Assembly: GCA_001872315.1 (NCBI GenBank)
Contig: MNVZ01000026.1
Span: 1-55,645 of the forward strand
DNA from: Candidatus Pacearchaeota archaeon CG1_02_39_14
GTDB taxonomy: Archaea; Nanobdellota; Nanobdellia; Pacearchaeales; GW2011-AR1
Reading direction: 5' to 3'
DNA length: 55,645 nucleotides
Shown here: positions 34,599 to 43,074 of the stretch, one piece after another
Numbering within the stretch: position 1 is the stretch's first letter
How the letters are laid out: each line of letters starts with the position of its first letter
Program-made: the position numbers and the translations under genes
Notes under the pieces: generated by a model
Told to the model about the DNA's origin: nothing
Seen by the model: the letters and a program-made list of their open reading frames with translations, nothing else
The model's database searches: none

Positions 34599-35408
34599 AT
34601 GGTCAAACAAGCCAGAGGTGGCTTGGTGCAGAGAGTCGCTGCTATGGGTGGCTTGGTTGCTACCCTCTCATTTAGTTCTGGCTGTCCAAATTCTTCTATT
34701 GGTCCTATTGATTATGACAGGCTTACCAGTGCTGTCGGCGGAATGGTTGCGGGATATAAGAGCCAAACTACTACGGGAAAAAAATCTGCCGCCTATGGGG
34801 AATTGAGTGGCATGCTCATAAGGGAATCGCAGATGCATGGAAATGTGAGGGCTGCAAGGGAAGGCAGAGATCAGGTTATTGTTAATAATGGAAATCCCAG
34901 AATTACAGAAGAAAGAGAAGTTGTATATAACCTCAAAGAGCCTTATGTAATTGATGGAAGAACTGGCGAAATAAGGCCGGCTAATGCACCAAGAACAGAA
35001 CAGAAGAAAACAATAAACGGGCTCTTTAATTCCAAAGATTTTGGGTCTGTTGTTATGGGAACCTGCAACTATATGGGGGACTTTGATAATGACGGTATGT
35101 TAGATTATCCTGAAGAATTTCTGTCAGATAATGAGCCTGGGATGAAGGATGTCTTTAAAATGAATGAAAAGATAACACTGCAATACGGAGCATCAAGACA
35201 GATTCCAAATATTGGTCTGAAACTCTTCGATTCCGAAGGAAGAGTCGTTGATGAATTTACATCTGATGAGAGCCTTTGGGCAGTTCAAAGGATATACAAC
35301 TTCGGGGAAGACTCTGATGCCCATCTCCATTCTGGCAAATACAGGACTGTGTGGTATTCGGGAGAAAAATTCATAGGATCATGGACATTTGAGGTGAAGA
35401 ATGAATAG
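34599..35408 (+). CDS. Secreted or lipid-anchored protein with an EF-hand-like calcium loop
   Basis: 269 aa. Signal-like VAAMGGLVATLSFSSGC (weak lipobox). Perfect DxDxDGxLxxxE loop DFDNDGMLDYPE at nt 35079-35114. Confidence 0.6.
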   Translation: MVKQARGGLVQRVAAMGGLVATLSFSSGCPNSSIGPIDYDRLTSAVGGMVAGYKSQTTTGKKSAAYGELSGMLIRESQMHGNVRAAREGRDQVIVNNGNPRITEEREVVYNLKEPYVIDGRTGEIRPANAPRTEQKKTINGLFNSKDFGSVVMGTCNYMGDFDNDGMLDYPEEFLSDNEPGMKDVFKMNEKITLQYGASRQIPNIGLKLFDSEGRVVDEFTSDESLWAVQRIYNFGEDSDAHLHSGKYRTVWYSGEKFIGSWTFEVKNE

Positions 35409-35937
35409 CCGAGCTTACTTGAGTGGATTGGCTGCTTTAACTCTAGGAGTTGTAGGTTGTGCTGGCTCGCAGGAAGGCCTTCCCGATAGAGTTCTTCAAG
35501 AAGATTTCAGAGAATTAAGATTAGAACCCGATAGTTTAGGGGGCTTACCAATTAGTGTAGAAGGAGCAGACCCAAGGTACACCGGAGAAGTTGTAGGGCT
35601 GAATCAGGACAATTTTTATGAGTTTGTAGAAAAAGGAAATAAAGTTGTGCTCGCCTATGCTGGATGGGATAGAAACTCACAAAAGATGTATCCTATTTTA
35701 GAAAAAGTAGCATCTGAAAATCTTTCTGTTGGTTTCGGGTTAGTTGACAAAGAATCCAACGAAAATTTTTGGAGACAGGAATTCGTAAAAAACAGAGCAA
35801 AGGAGGGAAAAAGAATTGTGGTATTTGTCCCTTCCCTTATCTTTTATAGGGATGGAAAGGAAGTGAAATTATTGCCCGGATATATCGATTATTCCAAATT
35901 CAATTCCGAACTTAGAGAGCATTACAGAAAAAAGTAG
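35401..35937 (+). CDS. Lipobox protein with thioredoxin-like fold lacking the CxxC
   Basis: 178 aa. LAALTLGVVGC lipobox. Trx-like layout (VVLAYAGWDRNSQKMYPILEKV ... PSLIFYRDGKEV) with WDRNS where WCGPC would be. Overlaps the previous gene by 8 nt. Confidence 0.55.
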   Translation: MNSRAYLSGLAALTLGVVGCAGSQEGLPDRVLQEDFRELRLEPDSLGGLPISVEGADPRYTGEVVGLNQDNFYEFVEKGNKVVLAYAGWDRNSQKMYPILEKVASENLSVGFGLVDKESNENFWRQEFVKNRAKEGKRIVVFVPSLIFYRDGKEVKLLPGYIDYSKFNSELREHYRKK

Positions 35938-35956
35938 CTTCGCTTATTCAAGAATA

Positions 35957-35964
35957 TTTATAAA
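35957..35964 (+). promoter_or_regulatory. TATA box for the 35986 gene
   Basis: TTTATAAA ends 22 nt before the ATG at 35986. This supports the internal ATG over the GTG at 35971. Confidence 0.5.
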
Positions 35965-35985
35965 TCACTTGTGTGTAACTATTTG

Positions 35986-38115
35986 ATGAATGAAAAGAGG
36001 GTAATTGCTGTTAATTACATTATGTGTGATTTACAGATTTCTTTATTAATTCTTGCTATTTTTTCGTTCGCATTCATTATAGGAGGCGCAAGCGTGGCTG
36101 GCGCTCAAGAAGTTCCGGTAAAAACAAATAGTGTTTCCGGCATATTTAAGGAAGGGGACAAATTTTTCAAATATGGTCCTGGCGGAGTTGGTCCTCCTGC
36201 TGAAATAACTAAAGAACAGGCAATAGCGGAAGGATATAAACCGGCGGTTGTGGAAGGTTCAAAATACTCAAAGGATTTCTTTGGAATTCCACTGACTGGG
36301 GGGGTTGCGCATCTCGTTGAAGGGCTTATGTTTGCAGGGCTTGTTGCGGGGATGATACAGCTTGTTGGAGGGATTGCGGGATTTGACGAAGGATTGACCA
36401 ATGCACTTACTATTGCCTCCTTTGGAGGAATAATGACTTACAAAGGAATTCTTGCTGCTGCGGAAGAGGGATTTTTCGGGCTGACAAAGGATAGTGTCCT
36501 TACTCAAAATGCTGGGCTTATAGGAATCGGTGTGGCAGTTGCGATTTTTGTCCTGACTTACAAAGACGAAAGTACTAAGAAAGTTAATTTCGAGTGCCTT
36601 CCATGGGAAGCTCCTTTAGGAGGAAAAGATTGTGAATTATGCAACGACGATATGCAAAGCTGTTCTGAATACAGATGCAAGTCTCTGGGGCAGGCGTGTG
36701 ACATAGTGAACAAGGGAACTGCTGAAGAAAGCTGTGTCTGGATAAGCCCTAATGATGTTACTTCCCCTCTAATAACTCCGTGGGAAGAGCCTCTTACGGA
36801 AGGACACAGATATACAAATCATGATACACTTCCTCCAAGCTTGGGGGCAAAGATTGTAAGAAATCCAGATAATTGCATACAGGCATTCACTCCTTTAGAA
36901 TTTGGAATACAAACGGATGAGCCTGCGCAATGCAAGATTGATATAGTGCATAGCAATGGAACAGGACAGGAAGTATTTGACGGAATGAATTATTATTTTG
37001 GAAACAGCTTCTACGCTTATAATCATACTGAAAAGATGAACCTTCCGGGACCGGGAGCTTTGCAGAATGCCCTAAATGGTACAGGATTTGATGCCCCTGA
37101 AATCCCGGTTGATGGAATCTACAACTTCTATGTCAGATGCAGGGATGCAAACGGAAACTTTAATGTCCAGGAATTTGTGTTCCAGATTTGCGTTGACCCT
37201 AGCCCTGATACAACCCCTCCTGTGCTTGTTGACACTTCCATAAAGTCAGGAAGCTTCGTTGGATTTGAAAAAGATGAGGTTGATGTTGACTTCTACATAA
37301 ACGAACCAAGTGAATGTAAGTGGGATAAAGAGTCAAAGAGCTATGATGAGATGGCCAACGAAATGTCGTGCAGCACGGAAATATATGAAATAAATGCCCA
37401 GCAGACATATACCTGCTCAACAACGCTTACAGGAATAGAAGACAGAAAGGAAAATAAATTCTATGTGAGATGCAAAGACCAGCCCGGTTCTCCTGAAAAT
37501 GAAAGGAATGTGAATACGCAAAGCCAGGAATTCATCCTGAAGGGAAGCCAGCCACTGAATATTGTGGAAGTAGAGCCAAACGGGACTATATTTGGGAGCA
37601 CAAGAAGCGTCAGCGTTAACCTTACTGTTGAAACTTCTGATGGGGCCGAGGAAGGAAAGGCCTTATGCTACTTCAGCAGCGACGGAGAGGAAGGAAGCTA
37701 CATATCTATGTTTAACAGCGACAGCTTCAGGCACAGCCAGCTTCTGCAGCTGACAGAAGGGGATTACAATTATCATTTCAGATGCATAGATGCCGGAGGA
37801 AACAGCGCAGAGGAAACCACAAATTTCAGGGTTGAGGTGGATACAGAAGCCCCAAGAGTTACAAGGGCTTATAGGGCTGATGGGTTGAAGATAGTCACAG
37901 ACGAGGATGCTGAATGTGTATATTCCCTGAACAGCTGCAATTATGTGTTTGATGAAGGGTTAAGGATGATTTACAGCAACCCAAACATAAAGAATGTGCA
38001 TTTCGCCGAGTGGCAGAGCAATCTGGTTTATTACATAAAGTGCAGGGACTTCTATGATAATGAGCCAAGCCCGGACGCCTGCTCTATAATTGCAAGCGCC
38101 AGCAATGTCAGGTAA
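35986..38115 (+). CDS. Large Cys-rich membrane/surface protein with four tandem approx. 100-aa repeat modules
   Basis: Signal peptide ISLLILAIFSFAFIIGGASVAGAQE, then three Gly-rich TM segments and an 8-Cys knot (FECLPWE...CELCNDDMQSCSEYRCKSLGQACD...CVW). Four modules then end in YVRCRDANGN / YVRCKDQPGS / HFRCIDAGGN / YIKCRDFYDN. Confidence 0.7.
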   Translation: MNEKRVIAVNYIMCDLQISLLILAIFSFAFIIGGASVAGAQEVPVKTNSVSGIFKEGDKFFKYGPGGVGPPAEITKEQAIAEGYKPAVVEGSKYSKDFFGIPLTGGVAHLVEGLMFAGLVAGMIQLVGGIAGFDEGLTNALTIASFGGIMTYKGILAAAEEGFFGLTKDSVLTQNAGLIGIGVAVAIFVLTYKDESTKKVNFECLPWEAPLGGKDCELCNDDMQSCSEYRCKSLGQACDIVNKGTAEESCVWISPNDVTSPLITPWEEPLTEGHRYTNHDTLPPSLGAKIVRNPDNCIQAFTPLEFGIQTDEPAQCKIDIVHSNGTGQEVFDGMNYYFGNSFYAYNHTEKMNLPGPGALQNALNGTGFDAPEIPVDGIYNFYVRCRDANGNFNVQEFVFQICVDPSPDTTPPVLVDTSIKSGSFVGFEKDEVDVDFYINEPSECKWDKESKSYDEMANEMSCSTEIYEINAQQTYTCSTTLTGIEDRKENKFYVRCKDQPGSPENERNVNTQSQEFILKGSQPLNIVEVEPNGTIFGSTRSVSVNLTVETSDGAEEGKALCYFSSDGEEGSYISMFNSDSFRHSQLLQLTEGDYNYHFRCIDAGGNSAEETTNFRVEVDTEAPRVTRAYRADGLKIVTDEDAECVYSLNSCNYVFDEGLRMIYSNPNIKNVHFAEWQSNLVYYIKCRDFYDNEPSPDACSIIASASNVR

Positions 38116-38150
38116 ATATAGGGCACGAGGGAGAATATACTAAGACAAGA

Positions 38151-38158
38151 TTTAAAAA
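38151..38158 (+). promoter_or_regulatory. TATA box for rps12-rps7
   Basis: TTTAAAAA ends 22 nt before the ATG at 38180. Confidence 0.5.
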
Positions 38159-38179
38159 GCGTCTTTTTCTAACACAAGA

Positions 38180-38596
38180 ATGGGTTTGATGAATGCAAAG
38201 AAATTGAAGACAAGAAGAAAGAAGTTTAGATGGAGCGATGCTGCTTATAAGAAGAAGGATATAGGCACCAAGTTCGATCCACTTAAGGGATCTTCCCAGG
38301 CAAAAGGAATCGTAATAAGCAAATTCCAGAAGGAAGCGAAGCAGCCAAATTCTGCTATGAGAAAGTGCTGCAAAGTACAACTAGTTAAGAATGGCACACA
38401 GATTGGGGCATTTATTCCAGGAAACCTGGCGCAAAAGTTTGTTGATGAACATGATGAGGTCATAATTGAAAGGATAGGCGGGAAGCAGGGAAGAACAAAA
38501 GGAGACATTCCGGGCATAAGATTTCAGGTTATCAAGGTCAATGATCAGCCATTGAGAAGATTGGTTGAAGGAAAGATAGAGAAGGGTAGAAGATAA
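38180..38596 (+). CDS. rps12: Ribosomal protein S12 (uS12)
   Basis: EAKQPNSAMRKCCKVQLVKNG, GDIPGIRFQVIKVN. Confidence 0.9.
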   Translation: MGLMNAKKLKTRRKKFRWSDAAYKKKDIGTKFDPLKGSSQAKGIVISKFQKEAKQPNSAMRKCCKVQLVKNGTQIGAFIPGNLAQKFVDEHDEVIIERIGGKQGRTKGDIPGIRFQVIKVNDQPLRRLVEGKIEKGRR

Positions 38597-38597
38597 A

Positions 38598-39191
38598 ATG
38601 ACATTTAAAGCATTCAATTTATATGACATGGAAGAGATTGAGGTGAAAGATATTGCCCTTAAGCCTTACATAAATCTGCAAGGCAAACTTCTTGTAAAGA
38701 GTCATGGAAGAAATACAAAGAGATTTGGAAATGCAAATGTCCATATTCTTGAGAGACTTACAAACAGAATATGCGTTCCGGGGCATGTTGGAAAGAAGCA
38801 TAAGATAATAACAAAGTGGGCGACAGGAAAATACACAACAAATATGAAAACTGTTCTTGAGGCACTTGAAGCAATAAAGAAAAAGAAAAATGAGAATCCT
38901 GTTCAGGTTCTTGTGAGGGCCATTGAAAACTGCTCACCAAGAGACGAGATTACAACAATTGAATATGGAGGAGCAAGATATCCCCAGGCTGTTGACTCAA
39001 GCCCAATAAGAAGAGTTAATCTTTCATTAAGATGGATTGTGCAGGGCTCGTATCAAAAAGCATTTGGAAAGAAAAAGAAAATGGCCGAGACGCTTGCAAA
39101 CGAAATAATTCTTGCTTCCGAGGGAAACATGGAGAGTTATGCAATGCAGAAAAAGAATGAGTCTGAAAAGCAGGCTGATGCAGCACGTTAA
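38598..39191 (+). CDS. rps7: Ribosomal protein S7 (uS7)
   Basis: 197 aa. Position after rps12. NPVQVLVRAIENCSPRDEITTIEYGGARYPQAVDSSPIRRVNLSLRWI. Confidence 0.9.
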   Translation: MTFKAFNLYDMEEIEVKDIALKPYINLQGKLLVKSHGRNTKRFGNANVHILERLTNRICVPGHVGKKHKIITKWATGKYTTNMKTVLEALEAIKKKKNENPVQVLVRAIENCSPRDEITTIEYGGARYPQAVDSSPIRRVNLSLRWIVQGSYQKAFGKKKKMAETLANEIILASEGNMESYAMQKKNESEKQADAAR

Positions 39192-39299
39192 TTTTAACTG
39201 ATAACAATTTTTTTACCGACAGAATAATTACAAACCTTTAAATATCAAATCTTCTTGTATATTTTAGCTATACGCATAAGATAAAAGGAGGTGAAAAAA

Positions 39300-39440
39300 A
39301 TGACAGGTTGGCAAAGTTGGCTTGCTTTGATCGGTGGGATTGTTGCAGTAATTGGTGAATTTGTACCAGACTATTACCTTGCTTTGATCGGTGGAATCCT
39401 TGCTGTGATTGGAGCAATTGGCCTTATGATGGGTAAATAA
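39300..39440 (+). CDS. 46-aa two-TM micro-protein with internal repeat LALIGGI(V/L)AVIG
   Basis: Hand translation: MTGWQSWLALIGGIVAVIGEFVPDYYLALIGGILAVIGAIGLMMGK. Strong SD AAGGAGGTG 7 nt before the ATG. A T-rich tract follows the stop. Confidence 0.45.
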   Translation: MTGWQSWLALIGGIVAVIGEFVPDYYLALIGGILAVIGAIGLMMGK

Positions 39441-39562
39441 GATTTTATTAAAAGAATTTATTTTTATTTTATTAATTTAATTTAGGTTTCATGGAGGATT
39501 TGAAGGAATTTTTCCTTTTGGATGGTTAATTTTTCAGGTTTAAGGCGAAATGAACAGCAACG

Positions 39563-39570
39563 TTTAAAAA
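39563..39570 (+). promoter_or_regulatory. TATA box for aEF-2
   Basis: TTTAAAAA ends 23 nt before the ATG at 39593. Confidence 0.5.
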
Positions 39571-39592
39571 GCACTTTTTTCTATACATAGAA

Positions 39593-41782
39593 ATGGCAGA
39601 TAAAGAAACAAGCCTTGAAAAAATCAAGAGGCTGACGAGCAATCAGAAAAATATCAGAAATGTAGCAACGTCTGCACATATCCACCATGGGAAAACTGCC
39701 TTTACAGATAACCTCCTTGCTGCTGCAGGGTTAATGGCTGCTAAGAATGCAGGTAACCTAGATGAGGGAATGACTACCTGGCAACATGCCGATGAGCAGG
39801 AAAGACTTATGACTGTTGATGCAGCAAATGTCTCTATGGGACACAGCTATCAGGGAGAAGAGTATCTTATCAACCTGATTGATACCCCAGGACATGTTGA
39901 TTTTGGAGGAAATGTCACGAGAGCCATGAGAGCGATTGACGGAACTTTTGTTCTTGTATGTGCTGTCGAAGGAATAATGCCTCAGACTGAAACTGTATTA
40001 AGGCAGGCGCTAAAAGAAAGAGTAAAACCTGTTCTCTTCATAAATAAAGTTGACAGATTGATTAAAGAGCTTAAGCTTGGCCCTGAAGACATGCAAAACA
40101 GATTTGCGAAAATTATTGAGAGCTTTAACCATCTAATAATGCAGATTGCAGAGCCTGAACTTGCAGAAAAATGGCAGGTTAGTGTGAAAGACGGAAGTGT
40201 TGCATTCGGTAGCGCGAGAGAAAACTGGGCTCTTTCTGTTCCTTTCATGCAGAAGAAAAATGTGACTTTCAAGGATGTTTATAATCTGTACCAGATGGAA
40301 GAAGAGGAAAAAAAGAAGTGGGTCTGGGAGAAAGCGCCTTTGTATGAAGTTATTCTTGACATGGCGGTCAAGCACCTGCCAAATCCTCTTGAGGCACAAA
40401 AATACAGGATTCCAAAAATATGGAGTGGTGACTTAGAAAGCCAGTTCGGAAAAGACTTGCTTAGCTGCAACAAGCAGGGAGAAGTCGCCTTTGTTGTTAC
40501 CAAAATAGTTATAGACCCAAGATCTGGAAAGGAGATTTCTGCTGGAAGACTATATTCCGGAACAATTGAAAACGGAATGGAAGTTTATGCAAACAATGCA
40601 AAAAAGAAGTCGAGAGTACTTCAGGTCCTTGTATATAATGGAATAAAACCTGAGCAGCTTGAAAGAGTTCCTGCCGGAAATGTTCTTGCGATTACCGGAC
40701 TTAATGTTGATGTTGGGGAGACAATAACTGTGAATGAGCAGAAATCCTTTGAAGAAATAAAGCATATTTTCCAGCCAGTCATCACGAAATCTATTGAAGT
40801 TACAAGATCCGCTGATTTGCCTAAACTGATTGAAGTGCTTAGAAGAGTTGGAAAAGAAGACCCAAGCATAAAGATTGAAATTAATGAAGAGACAGGAGAG
40901 AACCTTATCTCCGGAATGGGTGAGCTTCACCTTGAAATCATTGAAGGAAGAATAAAGAATGAAAAAGGACTTGAAGTCAAAACAGGAGCCCCTATTGTGG
41001 TTTATAGGGAGAGTGTAGGTCGGGCAAGCCCTAAAGTTGAATCAAGAACGCCTAATGGGCATAACATCTTCTCATTCAGCATTGAGCCTCTTGAAGAAGG
41101 AGTGTATAATCAGATACAGGAAGGAAATATTCCTGAAGGAAGAGTCAAGAAAAAAGCGGAAGAAATGTGGAAGAAACTTGAAGAGCAGGGAATATCAAGC
41201 GACGAAGCAAGACAGTTAAGGGATGTTTACAAGGGGAATATCTTTGAAGACAGGACAAGAGGACTTGTTCTTCTCGGAGACATAATCGAGTCAATTATGG
41301 ATGGATGGAGACTAGTTGTTGATGCCGGGCCTCTAGCCAAAGAGCCCCTGATGAAGACGAAGTTTATCCTTCATGATGCTAAAATCCACGTCGACCATAT
41401 GCATAGAGGTCCTGCCCAAATCTATCCTGCTGTAAGAAAGGGTGTGCACGAAGCAATGACCAAGGCAGGAGCGGTAATGCTTGAGCCTATTCAAACGCAC
41501 CTGATTGAAGCTCCGATTGATTTTATGGGCGCTGTAACTTCGTTGGTATCATCAAAGAGAGGGGTGTTGAACGATGTGCAGCAGGAAACAGGAACTGTGA
41601 CAATAAGGTCCCAAATCCCTGTAGCTGAAATGATTGGATGGAGTTCTGACTTAAGAAGCAAGACAGAAGGTCGTGGTGTCTCAAGCCTTGTTGACCAGAA
41701 GTTCCAGAAGATGCCAAGAGAATTGCAGGACGAAGTTATAAGAAAGATCAGGCAGAGAAAGGGATTAGCTGAAAATCAGTAA
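39593..41782 (+). CDS. fusA: Translation elongation factor 2 (aEF-2)
   Basis: 729 aa. G1 AHIHHGKT, DTPGHVDF, NKVDR, diphthamide-region HVDHMHRGPAQIYPA. Confidence 0.95.
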   Translation: MADKETSLEKIKRLTSNQKNIRNVATSAHIHHGKTAFTDNLLAAAGLMAAKNAGNLDEGMTTWQHADEQERLMTVDAANVSMGHSYQGEEYLINLIDTPGHVDFGGNVTRAMRAIDGTFVLVCAVEGIMPQTETVLRQALKERVKPVLFINKVDRLIKELKLGPEDMQNRFAKIIESFNHLIMQIAEPELAEKWQVSVKDGSVAFGSARENWALSVPFMQKKNVTFKDVYNLYQMEEEEKKKWVWEKAPLYEVILDMAVKHLPNPLEAQKYRIPKIWSGDLESQFGKDLLSCNKQGEVAFVVTKIVIDPRSGKEISAGRLYSGTIENGMEVYANNAKKKSRVLQVLVYNGIKPEQLERVPAGNVLAITGLNVDVGETITVNEQKSFEEIKHIFQPVITKSIEVTRSADLPKLIEVLRRVGKEDPSIKIEINEETGENLISGMGELHLEIIEGRIKNEKGLEVKTGAPIVVYRESVGRASPKVESRTPNGHNIFSFSIEPLEEGVYNQIQEGNIPEGRVKKKAEEMWKKLEEQGISSDEARQLRDVYKGNIFEDRTRGLVLLGDIIESIMDGWRLVVDAGPLAKEPLMKTKFILHDAKIHVDHMHRGPAQIYPAVRKGVHEAMTKAGAVMLEPIQTHLIEAPIDFMGAVTSLVSSKRGVLNDVQQETGTVTIRSQIPVAEMIGWSSDLRSKTEGRGVSSLVDQKFQKMPRELQDEVIRKIRQRKGLAENQ

Positions 41783-41828
41783 TCAGGAAGATATAAAAAC
41801 TTAAAAGTGTGGCCGCTCTGAAATTTCT

Positions 41829-42737
41829 ATGAGATTTGGCTTTGCACCAATAGTCCTTTCCGCATTTCTTGCAGGCTGTGGGCAGAAAGTAATAATAAGC
41901 TCATCTGTGAGAGAAAATTCTTATTTTTCTCCTGAAGCATTTGCATTGGCAGAGGAATTTCTTGAAGAAAATACAAGAATTGATTTTGAGTTCGGGAACT
42001 ACCGCGAAAAAACAAATCATTTTGACAGATTTGCCCTGGTTGTTCAGGATTTCCAGGAAAGGGCTGAAGAGGTGAAGGGAGAGCAGCTGAAAAGCATAGA
42101 CTATTTGATAGGAAAGATTGAAGGTGAACTTGCCAAATCTGGCGGAGAGGCAGCCGAAATAAGAGACGTTCTTTTTGATGCAAAGGATTTGAGGGAGAGA
42201 ACTATAAGAAATATTGAGGAAGAATATAAGTACAGAATTGGTGAGACTGAAACAGAGAAAGGCCTGATTCATCTGCTTGATAATGAAATGACAAAAGCAC
42301 AAATGAAAATTACAGAATATGATAAGGCACTTGATGAACTAAAGGCGACAACCCGTGACGAAAAAATTCTCCGGGAGATAGAAGACATAGAAGAGCTGAA
42401 AAGAAGTTGCAAAGCGCATAATACGAGAAGCGCCGCGAAGACAATTGTGCATGAGGTAGGGCACCTGTTCGGGCTGTGGCATACACAGCAGTATGTGAAT
42501 GACTCTTATGAAGACCTTGCCGTAAGTGGATTACCAAACGTCATGGGATATCTGAACCCTGTTGAAGGGAAGTATGGATTCGCATTTGATAAAGAACAGA
42601 TTAGGCAAATCAAGGATTACCTAAAAAAGGGCAAGACTTACACAGATTTTAGGGCGGCTGGATTCAATCTGCATGATTATACTAGTAAGAAAGCAGAAGA
42701 AAATGGCTGGAAATTGCTTGAAGGAATAGTTAATTAA
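41829..42737 (+). CDS. Lipobox metzincin-type zinc metalloprotease
   Basis: 302 aa. Canonical lipobox LSAFLAGC. HExxHxxGxxH as HEVGHLFGLWH, followed by a possible Met-turn (NVMGY). Confidence 0.7.
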   Translation: MRFGFAPIVLSAFLAGCGQKVIISSSVRENSYFSPEAFALAEEFLEENTRIDFEFGNYREKTNHFDRFALVVQDFQERAEEVKGEQLKSIDYLIGKIEGELAKSGGEAAEIRDVLFDAKDLRERTIRNIEEEYKYRIGETETEKGLIHLLDNEMTKAQMKITEYDKALDELKATTRDEKILREIEDIEELKRSCKAHNTRSAAKTIVHEVGHLFGLWHTQQYVNDSYEDLAVSGLPNVMGYLNPVEGKYGFAFDKEQIRQIKDYLKKGKTYTDFRAAGFNLHDYTSKKAEENGWKLLEGIVN

Positions 42738-42819
42738 AGTTAAATAATCTTATTTAACTAAAAATATGAGAAAGATTTATTAAGATTAAATAACTCTAAA
42801 TAAGATAAAAAGAGGAGAA

Positions 42820-43074
42820 ATGGCATTAAAGACTTTTAATTTGGATGCAGAAGTGTATGAAGAATTTTCTAAGCACTGCAAGAAGCACGGCATTTCTATG
42901 AGCAGAAAGGTTGAAAATTTTATAAGAGATGAGGTTGGAAAATTAAAATCAGGAAGTGGAAATATTGATTTTAGGCTGGAAGTTGAAAAAAGCCCTGCTG
43001 TGAGAAGAGGATTACACCGGCCTGAAGAAATGCAGCCCCCAAAGGCAGATCATCCTATGGGGAAGTTCTGCTAG
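42820..43074 (+). CDS. Ribbon-helix-helix (CopG-like) small protein
   Basis: 84 aa. KTFNLDAEVYEEFSKHCKKHGISMSRKVENFIRDEV fits a beta-alpha-alpha RHH. GAGGAG lies 5 nt before the ATG. Confidence 0.5.
   Translation: MALKTFNLDAEVYEEFSKHCKKHGISMSRKVENFIRDEVGKLKSGSGNIDFRLEVEKSPAVRRGLHRPEEMQPPKADHPMGKFC

Noticed and set aside
34618-34806. 62-aa overlapping plus-strand ORF
   Set aside because: It lies in an alternative frame entirely inside the better-supported 34599 gene, which has the TATA box at the correct spacing.
34599-35937. Compositional evidence (locally GC-richer sequence) for horizontal transfer of the two lipobox genes
   Set aside because: The GC-rich impression is confined to the Ala/Gly-rich signal-peptide codons. 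I did not compute window statistics, so I make no compositional claim.
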